Assembly: GCA_946499885.1 (NCBI GenBank) | Contig: CAMMTN010000011.1 | Location: forward strand, 12,224-44,223 | Direction of reading: 5' to 3' | DNA from: an uncultured Clostridium sp. | GTDB taxonomy: Bacteria > Bacillota > Clostridia > TANB77 > CAG-508 | Length of the DNA stretch: 32,000 bases | In this document: positions 1 through 8,949 of the stretch, in pieces | How positions within the stretch are numbered: the first letter of the stretch is position 1 | Layout: each line of letters starts with the position of its first letter | Program-made: the position numbers and the translations under genes | Notes under the pieces: model-generated | The model's input: the letters and a program-made list of their open reading frames with translations, nothing else | Database searches by the model: none | Told to the model about the DNA's origin: nothing

Positions 1-205
1 TGTAACTTTTCCAAGACAAATTGCAATGTATTTATGTAGAAACGTTGCACAACTTCCTCTAACCAAGATAGGAGAAGGTTTTGGAAAAAGAGATCACACA
101 ACTGTAATACATGCATGCACAAAAATAGAAAAAGAAATTCAAAATAACTTAAGCACAAAAAGAATTGTGGAAAGTGTGAAAAACATATTACTTAATGACA
201 AATAA
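1..205 (+). CDS. dnaA: Chromosomal replication initiator DnaA, C-terminal fragment (5' end outside window)
   Basis: The frame from nt 2 reads [45 protein letters not shown]..., the DnaA domain IV DNA-binding signature. TAA at 203-205. It is followed by a DnaA-box cluster and dnaN, as in Firmicute origins. Confidence 0.9.
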   Translation, partial: VTFPRQIAMYLCRNVAQLPLTKIGEGFGKRDHTTVIHACTKIEKEIQNNLSTKRIVESVKNILLNDK

Positions 206-299
206 TTGTAGTTAAAGTTTTTGGATATTTTTTATAAAAAATTCGTTTGTTAAAAAAATGTTTGGTTAGAACACATTCAATCTTTACTTACGGAATAGC

Positions 300-530
300 C
301 AGAAAGAATATCCACATATATATGTGAATAGTGTGTTAATAAACTGTGAATAACAAAGTTATACACAAAGGAAAAAAATTTTTGTAGATAACTTTTATAA
401 TTTTCCACGAAGTTATTCACATCTAAAACTTTAGGGAGGCAAGGTTTCCACATAGTTATCCACATTATCCACATAACCTACTACTACTACTACTAAAAAT
501 ATTTATATTATATTATAAAGGAGAGACGCG
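300..530. promoter_or_regulatory. oriC (dnaA-dnaN intergenic origin): DnaA-box cluster, DnaA-trio element, AT-only unwinding candidate
   Basis: Two tandem perfect TTATCCACA boxes at 456-464 and 465-473. Boxes with 1-2 mismatches at 308-316 (ATATCCACA), 345-353 (reverse TTATTCACA), 401-409 (TTTTCCACG), 413-421 (TTATTCACA) and 444-452 (GTTTCCACA). These are followed by (CTA)6 at 478-495 and an A/T-only stretch at 496-519 that abuts the dnaN RBS. Confidence 0.85.
478..495 (+). repeat. (CTA)6 trinucleotide array, candidate DnaA-trio element
   Basis: CTACTACTACTACTACTA lies 4 nt after the second perfect DnaA box. Its complement reads 3'-GAT-5' six times, which is the DnaA-trio consensus. Confidence 0.7.
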
Positions 531-533
531 AAA

Positions 534-1652
534 ATGAAACTTGTTTGTGAGAAGGATAATATCCTTAAAGCACTTAATTCCGTAACAAAAGCGGTAGCTA
601 CTAAAACAACAATGCCTATATTAGAAGGTATATTAATTCAAACAAATGATAATGAAGTAAAATTTACAACATACGATTTAGAAATTGGTATTGAATATAT
701 TATTAATTGTGAAGTACAAGAACAAGGAGCAACTGTAGTTAATGCTATAATGTTTAGTGAAATTATAAGAAGATTACCAGATTCTGAAATAAAAATAACT
801 TTAGATGAAAAAAATTTATTAGTTATAGAATGTGAAGGTTCTTTATATAAATTAGCAACAATGAACCCAGATGAATTTCCAGAACTTCCACAAATTAGTA
901 TAGAAAATTCAATAGAAATAGAACAAAATTCTTTAAAAGAAATGATAAGAAAAACAATTTTTGCAGTAAGTACTGAAGAAAATAGACCTATTTTTACAGG
1001 ATGCTTATTTGAAATAAAGAATAATAAATTAAATGTTGTTGCAGTTGATGGATTTAGATTAGCATGGAAAAGCAAGTTCTTACAAAATAAAATAAATGAT
1101 TTTACAGCAGTAATTCCTGGAAGAACTTTAAATGAAATTAATAAAATTATATTAGATTCTTATGATTTAATAAAAATAGGTGTTGCAAAAAATCAAGCAC
1201 TTTTCGAAATGGAAAATTGTAAAGTTGTTACAAGATTATTAGATGGTGAATTTTTAAATTATTCAAGTGTTATTCCAGAAAATTGGGAGACAAGAATACG
1301 TGTGGATAAAAGTTCAATTCAAAATTGTTTTGAAAGAATCAGTTTGATTTCATCATCAAGTATTGAAAAAGAGAAGAAATATCCTGTTAAAGTAAATATA
1401 GATATAGGAAAAGTAACAATTTCTTGTACAAACCAAACAGGTGATGCTAAAGAAGAAATGTATGTTACAACAGAAGGAAAAAATCTAGAAGCAGGATTTA
1501 ATCCAAAATATTTCTTAGATGCTTTAAGAGCTATTGATGATCAAGAAGTATTTATTGATTTTGGAACAAGCATTTCACCATGTATAATTAGACCAGTAGA
1601 AGAGGGTGGAGATTATATTTATATGGTATTGCCAATTAGAATGAAAGAATAA
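534..1652 (+). CDS. dnaN: DNA polymerase III beta sliding clamp
   Basis: 372-aa ORF directly after oriC with RBS AAAGGAGAG at 517-525. Length, position and N-terminus (MKLVCEKDNILKALNSVTKAV..TMPILEGILIQ) are typical of DnaN. Confidence 0.93.
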   Translation: MKLVCEKDNILKALNSVTKAVATKTTMPILEGILIQTNDNEVKFTTYDLEIGIEYIINCEVQEQGATVVNAIMFSEIIRRLPDSEIKITLDEKNLLVIECEGSLYKLATMNPDEFPELPQISIENSIEIEQNSLKEMIRKTIFAVSTEENRPIFTGCLFEIKNNKLNVVAVDGFRLAWKSKFLQNKINDFTAVIPGRTLNEINKIILDSYDLIKIGVAKNQALFEMENCKVVTRLLDGEFLNYSSVIPENWETRIRVDKSSIQNCFERISLISSSSIEKEKKYPVKVNIDIGKVTISCTNQTGDAKEEMYVTTEGKNLEAGFNPKYFLDALRAIDDQEVFIDFGTSISPCIIRPVEEGGDYIYMVLPIRMKE

Positions 1653-1655
1653 AAA

Positions 1656-1781
1656 AACTATTAAAATAATTGCGCTTTGACGTTGTTAAACTTCGCTTGC
1701 GAAAATCCTCAGCGTACACCAAGTACGCCTCCGGTTTTCTTGCTCGTTTGCCTAGTCAAACCATCAATTATTTTAATAGTT
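1656..1781. repeat. 126-bp rod-like palindromic element: perfect 17-bp terminal inverted repeats around a GC-richer core
   Basis: AACTATTAAAATAATTG (1656-1672) is the exact reverse complement of CAATTATTTTAATAGTT (1765-1781). The 92-bp core is much GC-richer than its surroundings and has internal pairings TTTGAC/GTCAAA and GCGTAC-accaa-GTACGC. It starts 4 nt after the dnaN stop. Confidence 0.6.
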
Positions 1782-1831
1782 GTAAAAAGCATAAAATAAG
1801 TTATTAACAAAATGATAAAAATGCCAACAAG

Positions 1832-1861
1832 TTATCCACAAAAATGTGAATAAACTGTGGT
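1832..1861. promoter_or_regulatory. Second small DnaA-box cluster upstream of recF
   Basis: Perfect TTATCCACA at 1832-1840, reverse TTATTCACA (TGTGAATAA) at 1845-1853, and a degenerate CTGTGGTAA at 1855-1863. Confidence 0.6.
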
Positions 1862-1906
1862 AAAATAGCAAATATGTGCAAAAATATAAATAAAAAGGAC
1901 AAAAAA

Positions 1907-2974
1907 ATGTACATAGAAAAAATTAAATTAAATAATTTTAGAAATTATGAAAATTTAGAAATTGATTTAAATAAAAATATAAATATTATTTATGGAGATA
2001 ATGCACAAGGAAAAACAAATATTTTAGAGGCAATTTTTCTAAGTAGTTTAGGAAAATCTTTTAGAACAAAAAAAGAAAAAGAAATGATAAAATTTAATAA
2101 TGATAAATTGTTGGTTGAAATATTTTATCAAAAAAAAGATAGAGATGGAAAAATAAAAATTGAAATAGGGAATAAAAAGCAAATTAGTATAAATGGGATA
2201 AAAATAAAAAAATTAAGTGAATTATTGGGAAATATAAATATTGTTATTTTTACCCCAGATGATATAAACATTTTAAAAGATGGACCAGAAAAAAGAAGAC
2301 GCTTCTTAGATATGATGATTGGCCAATTAAGACCAAATTATGTGTATAATTTAAATATGTATTTAAAAACCATTGAGCAAAGGAATAATTATTTAAGGCA
2401 AATAAAAGAAGAAAATAAACCAGAAGAAATGCTAGAAATTTGGGATGAAAAATTAGCAGAATACGGAGAAAAAATATATATTTACAGAAAAGAATTTATA
2501 GAAAAAATAATAAAAAAAATAAATGAAATTCATAGTAAAATAACAGATGAAAAAGAAATAATAAAAATTGAATATTTATCAAATTGTTCTAAAAAAGATG
2601 AATATTTAAAATTGTTAAAAGAAAGAAGAAAATTAGATATTATAAAAGGATTTACAACAAAGGGTATACATAGAGATAATTTTGTGATATATATTAACGA
2701 TAAAGAGGTAAGTGTATATGGTTCTCAAGGACAAAATAGAACTGTTATATTATCTTTGAAACTTGCCGAACTTAATGTAATATATGACGAAATAGGGGAA
2801 TATCCAATATTTTTATTAGATGATTTTATGTCAGAGTTAGATGAAAAACGAAGAAAAAACTTTTTAAATAATATTGAAAATACTCAAGTAATATTAACAG
2901 GCACAGAAAAAATAGATTTTGCAAATTTAGAATATAAATTGTTTAATGTAAAAAATGGAAATATTACAGAATAG
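1907..2974 (+). CDS. recF: DNA replication and repair protein RecF
   Basis: MYIEKIKLNNFRNYE..., Walker A GDNAQGKTNILEAI, and the SMC-like signature and D-loop region SQGQNRTVILSLKLAE...FLLDDFMSELD. The ORF opens at 1874, but the ATG at 1907 gives the canonical RecF N-terminus and follows AAAAGGA. Confidence 0.92.
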   Translation: MYIEKIKLNNFRNYENLEIDLNKNINIIYGDNAQGKTNILEAIFLSSLGKSFRTKKEKEMIKFNNDKLLVEIFYQKKDRDGKIKIEIGNKKQISINGIKIKKLSELLGNINIVIFTPDDINILKDGPEKRRRFLDMMIGQLRPNYVYNLNMYLKTIEQRNNYLRQIKEENKPEEMLEIWDEKLAEYGEKIYIYRKEFIEKIIKKINEIHSKITDEKEIIKIEYLSNCSKKDEYLKLLKERRKLDIIKGFTTKGIHRDNFVIYINDKEVSVYGSQGQNRTVILSLKLAELNVIYDEIGEYPIFLLDDFMSELDEKRRKNFLNNIENTQVILTGTEKIDFANLEYKLFNVKNGNITE

Positions 2975-2997
2975 TAATTTTCAAAAATGGAGGAATT

Positions 2998-3246
2998 ATG
3001 TACGTACATATTGGAAAAGAAACTATAATTAAATCAGAGGAGATTATAGCTATTTTAGATATAGAATCATTACAAAAAAAGAAAAATTTAGAAGAAGTAT
3101 TACAAAATTTGAAAATTAGTGATAATATAATAGATGTATCAGAAGGGAAAAAGAAATCTTTAGTAATTATACATAAAGAAAACAAAAATTTAGGATATAT
3201 TACAAATATTTCTACAACAACATTGGGAAGAAGAGCTGAAAAATAA
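2998..3246 (+). CDS. remB: DUF370 / RemB (YaaB) family small protein
   Basis: 82 aa between recF and gyrB, the conserved Firmicute position of yaaB/remB. RBS GGAGGAATT precedes the ATG. The N-terminus MYVHIGKETIIKSEEIIAILD is typical of DUF370. Confidence 0.75.
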   Translation: MYVHIGKETIIKSEEIIAILDIESLQKKKNLEEVLQNLKISDNIIDVSEGKKKSLVIIHKENKNLGYITNISTTTLGRRAEK

Positions 3247-3258
3247 AAGGCAAAATAG

Positions 3259-5184
<1,926 letters not shown>

Positions 5185-5192
5185 GAAAACGA

Positions 5193-5232
5193 GACCTGTT
5201 TTTTGAGAAGTAAGAAAACAGGTCCTGTTTTA
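5193..5232 (+). terminator. Intrinsic terminator after gyrB
   Basis: Hairpin GACCTGTTTT (5193-5202) / AAAACAGGTC (5215-5224) followed by CTGTTTT. Confidence 0.7.
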
Positions 5233-5258
5233 TGTCGAAATTTGTCGAACGATTTTTA

Positions 5259-5287
5259 TTGCATATATAATTTTTTTGTGATATAAA
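5259..5287 (+). promoter_or_regulatory. Candidate sigma-A promoter for the VirB4 operon
   Basis: TTGCAT (5259-5264), 17 nt, then TG-A-TATAAA (extended -10, 5282-5287). False positives are common in such AT-rich DNA. Confidence 0.35.
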
Positions 5288-5474
5288 ATAAAGCATAATT
5301 AATTCAAAATAATTTTTTTCAGTTATTTTTTTATTCTAAATTAATCCAAAATAAAATTTAACTATTATATAGGTAGGAGATGATAATATAAAAAATAAAA
5401 TTAAAAACAATAAAAATTTATCTACACAAAATTGGCTAAAAATAGAAGATATATTAGACAATGGAATTATAAAA

Positions 5475-5972
5475 ATGAAAAATAATAAATATTTAAAAAT
5501 AATTAAAATAAAGCCAATTAATTTTAATTTAAAATCAGAACTAGAAAAAGAAGCAATATTAAATTCATATAAAATATTTTTAAAAACATGTAATTTTAAT
5601 TTCCAAATTTTAATTCAAAGTAATAAAGAAGATTTATCTAATCATTTTTCTCAAATAATTAATAATTTAAATCAAGAAGAAAAAAATATCCAAGAAATAT
5701 CAAATAAATATATAAATTATATAAAAGAATTAAATAATAATAAAAAATCATCTTCAAAAAATTATTATATAATAATTAATTATGAAAATAAAAATAATGA
5801 AAATATTGATATTGATTCTTATGCAACAGAAGATTTAAATAATAAATATTTTAAAATAAAAGACTGTTTATCAAGGTGTGGAAATACTGCAATAGACATA
5901 TTAGATAAAAAACAAATAATAAAAATAATTTTTTCTTTTATTAATACAAGAATATATTTTAATAATAATTAA
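5475..5972 (+). CDS. virB4: VirB4-family conjugation ATPase, N-terminal domain encoded as a separate cistron (frame is open and motif-bearing from 5373)
   Basis: KIIKIKPINFNLKSELEKEAILNSYKIFLKTCNFNFQILIQSN matches the N-terminal pattern of Firmicute VirB4 proteins (Tn916 Orf16 / TcpF / PrgJ type, recalled from memory). The motif continues upstream of the first ATG (STQNWLKIEDILDNGIIK). Confidence 0.65.
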   Translation: MKNNKYLKIIKIKPINFNLKSELEKEAILNSYKIFLKTCNFNFQILIQSNKEDLSNHFSQIINNLNQEEKNIQEISNKYINYIKELNNNKKSSSKNYYIIINYENKNNENIDIDSYATEDLNNKYFKIKDCLSRCGNTAIDILDKKQIIKIIFSFINTRIYFNNN

Positions 5973-7089
5973 AAAAATATAAAATAAAAATAAATTAAAA
6001 TTAAATAAAAAAATAAATATAAAATTATATTAATGAAAAAATAAAAAGGCTTAAAACAAAAAATAAAAGGATAAAAAAATTAGAAAATAATAAAAAAATA
6101 TAAAATCAAATAATATTAATAAAAAATTAAAGATAAAAATATAAAAAATAGATAATAAAAAAATAATAAATTAAAAAAAGAAAAAATATAAAAAATATAG
6201 ATAAGAAAAAATAATATGACGTAAACTATAATAACATAAGAATAATTTCAAGAAACAGAAATAATTTGTATGAAATAAGATAAGTTAATAAAAAGATAAA
6301 AGTTATACAAAGAAAATATAAGGATAAAATTGAGAAGAGGTAAAATGTATAAAATATTGTCAAAAAGATATTAAAAAATAATTGCAAATTAAAGTTCGAA
6401 CAAATTTAATCAAAACTAAAAAAAGTAAAATAATTTATAGTAAACAAAGATGAGAAAGAATATAGCAAAAACAATATAAAAATATCAAGAAAATATTATA
6501 AAAAAGTGTATCGGGCTGGTAGAAAAATAGAAAAGTAATTAAATTGAAATAGAAAAAACAATAGTAAACATAATATAAAAATAAATGAGATTTAAAATTA
6601 CAAAAAATTAAAAAGATATATTGAGGTAAAGTATGAATTTAACTAGCTATATAAAAAATAACAAAAAGACAAATAACTAGTTGCAAATTTTAAAAGTTAT
6701 AATTTTATTAAAGTAGAGGATAGAATCTGAATAATTTAGAAATAAGACCAAAGAAAATAATATTAGATATGTGAAACGATACAAAAAAACAATTAACATA
6801 ACATAAAAAACTATAAAATTATAGTTGCAAAAGGGAATGACAAAAGACAGTAGCTATTACATAAAGAAGGAAGAAAATTACAAAAACAAAAGGTAATTAA
6901 TTATTATAAAAAACAAATAAATTAATAAAAAATAAAATATAAATATAATTAAATAATTGTAAAATATAAAATATTAAAAATAATAAAGATTAATTATTAA
7001 ATTAAACAAAAATAAAATTTAATTTAATAAAATTATAAAATAAATAACAAAAAAATAATTAAAAAAATTAATTTATTCAGGAGGAAAAA
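5973..7089 (+). other. 1.1 kb ORF-free, A/purine-rich spacer between the two VirB4 cistrons
   Basis: The six-frame track shows no ORF of 60 aa or more on either strand. The flanks (about 5973-6230 and 6900-7075) are almost pure A/T low complexity with A far exceeding T on the + strand. The centre contains G but very little C or T. Confidence 0.8.
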
Positions 7090-8925
7090 ATGAAATTAAT
7101 AAAAAATAAAAATAAAGAAAAAAATAATAAAAAAACAAATAAACTTGAATTTTTAGAAGGTTGTTTTTCAGAAAAAGATTTATTAGCACCATCATATATT
7201 AATTTATCTAATCCGAAATATATAGAAATAGATAATAATTATTATTCATCATTATTATTAATAAATTATTTTAGAGAACAAAATGAATTAATATTAAAAT
7301 CTTTAATAGATACAAATATAGATGTAAATATTTCAATTTTTTATGAAAAACAAGATACATATAAAACAATTAGAGAGCTTACATATCATATTGGAAATGT
7401 TGGGGCAGACTTAAAAGGAAATAATCAAAATAGACAAGATATTGAAATTGCAGCATTTACATATAATGACGCAAAATATATTAGAAAAGAATTGCAAATA
7501 AATAATGAAGAATTATATTATTTATATATTTATATTAATACATTTTCACAAAATACTAAAGAATTAGAAAATATATTAAATAAAATAGAAGGAATAATAG
7601 AATCAAAAGGTATTCAAGTAAGAAGAGCATACTTTAGACAAGAAGAAGCATATAGAGCCTGTTTACCATTTATGGAAAATCATAAATTATTAAAAGAAGT
7701 TACAAAAAGAAATATATTAACAAGTGGATTAGTAGCAACATATCCTTTTATTTCATCAGCTATTTTCGATGAAAACGGAATTTTTGTAGGAACTAATATT
7801 TATAATAAATCATTAGTATTTATTGATAGATATAATACAAATAAATATAAAAATGCAAATATGTGTATATTTGGAACATCAGGCGCAGGAAAGTCATTTT
7901 ATACAAAATTGTTAATTTTAAGATATAGGCTTATGGGAATCCACCAATATATAATAGATCCAGAAAGAGAATATAATAACTTATGCAATAATTTAAATGG
8001 AACACTATTAAAAATAGGACCTGGATCTAACACATATATTAATATTTTTGATATTAGAAAAGAAAGTATTGAAGATAATGAAAAGGGATATTTAGCAAAT
8101 AAAATAGGAAAATTAATAGGATTTTTTAATTTGATTTTTGGAAAAATAAATGAAGAAGAAAAAGCAATTTTAGAAGAAAAATTAATCGAATTATATAAAT
8201 TAAAAAATATAACTTTTGATGATAAAACTTTATATAAAGAATTAGAAAATAAAACAGATAATAATTTTATATTTAAAGAAAGTATAGATATGCCAATTTT
8301 AGAAGATTTTTATAATTTACTTGATAAAGATGAAAAAACAAAAATATTTAAAATAAAATTAATACCTTTTATTAAAGGCTCATTAAAATTTTTTAATAAT
8401 TATACAAATGTAGAATTAGATAATAAATTAATAGTTGCAGATGTGTATGAATTAGGTGAAGAAAATTTAAAATATGGAATGTATTTATTTACAGATTTAT
8501 TTTGGGACAAAATAAAAAAAGATAGAAAAATAAAAAAAGCTATTTATTTAGATGAAATATGGAGATTAATAGGTGTAACATCTAATAAGGATGTGGCAAG
8601 TTTTATTTATAAAATATTTAAAACAATTAGAAAATATGGAGGAAGTGGAGTAGCTATAACTCAAGATATATCAGATATATTTAGTTTAGAAAATGGAACT
8701 TATGGAAAAAGCATTTTAAATAATTCAAGTATAAAAACATTTTTTTCTTTAGAAGAAGAAAATATAAAAATATTAGAACAATATACTAATTTATCCGAAA
8801 AAGAAAAAATAGAAATAAAATCTTTAAAAAGAGGAGAATGTTTAATGTTTGTTGGAGATGAACACATATTAAATAAAATAGAGTCAGCTGATTTCGAAAG
8901 AGAAATAATAGAAAATAAAAATTAA
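7090..8925 (+). CDS. virB4: VirB4-family conjugation ATPase, central and C-terminal ATPase part
   Basis: Strong RBS AGGAGG 6 nt before the ATG. LLAPSYINLSNPKYIEIDNNYY matches the family segment that follows the N-domain. Walker A FGTSGAGKSFYTK (7873-7896 encodes GTSGAGKS), Walker B AIYLDEIW, and ITQDISD. Confidence 0.85.
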   Translation: MKLIKNKNKEKNNKKTNKLEFLEGCFSEKDLLAPSYINLSNPKYIEIDNNYYSSLLLINYFREQNELILKSLIDTNIDVNISIFYEKQDTYKTIRELTYHIGNVGADLKGNNQNRQDIEIAAFTYNDAKYIRKELQINNEELYYLYIYINTFSQNTKELENILNKIEGIIESKGIQVRRAYFRQEEAYRACLPFMENHKLLKEVTKRNILTSGLVATYPFISSAIFDENGIFVGTNIYNKSLVFIDRYNTNKYKNANMCIFGTSGAGKSFYTKLLILRYRLMGIHQYIIDPEREYNNLCNNLNGTLLKIGPGSNTYINIFDIRKESIEDNEKGYLANKIGKLIGFFNLIFGKINEEEKAILEEKLIELYKLKNITFDDKTLYKELENKTDNNFIFKESIDMPILEDFYNLLDKDEKTKIFKIKLIPFIKGSLKFFNNYTNVELDNKLIVADVYELGEENLKYGMYLFTDLFWDKIKKDRKIKKAIYLDEIWRLIGVTSNKDVASFIYKIFKTIRKYGGSGVAITQDISDIFSLENGTYGKSILNNSSIKTFFSLEEENIKILEQYTNLSEKEKIEIKSLKRGECLMFVGDEHILNKIESADFEREIIENKN

Positions 8926-8949
8926 TAAAAAAATTAAAAAGGAAAAAAT

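Noticed and set aside
277-474. 65-aa minus-strand ORF in the dnaA-dnaN intergenic region
   Set aside because: It lies entirely over the DnaA-box cluster of oriC. It has no RBS and an implausible composition (MWIMWITMW derives from reading the DnaA boxes), so it is an artefact of the repeated TGTGGATAA words.
1874-1906. N-terminal extensions given by the ORF track for recF (MCKNINKKDKK), gyrA (GTG 10986), the NRPS (TTG 28871), the VirB6-like ORF (GTG 16995) and the VirB3-like ORF (GTG 16044)
   Set aside because: In each case a downstream in-frame start has a properly spaced Shine-Dalgarno and gives the family-typical N-terminus. The longest-ORF start is probably not the one used.
5973-7089. 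Spacer as CRISPR array, tandem-repeat array, group II intron or intein-type intervening sequence in virB4
   Set aside because: There is no regular repeat/spacer periodicity and no 24-40 bp unit recurring. It lacks the GUGYG 5' end, a domain V-like GC helix and an RT/maturase ORF. An intein would be in frame, and this region is full of stops in all frames.
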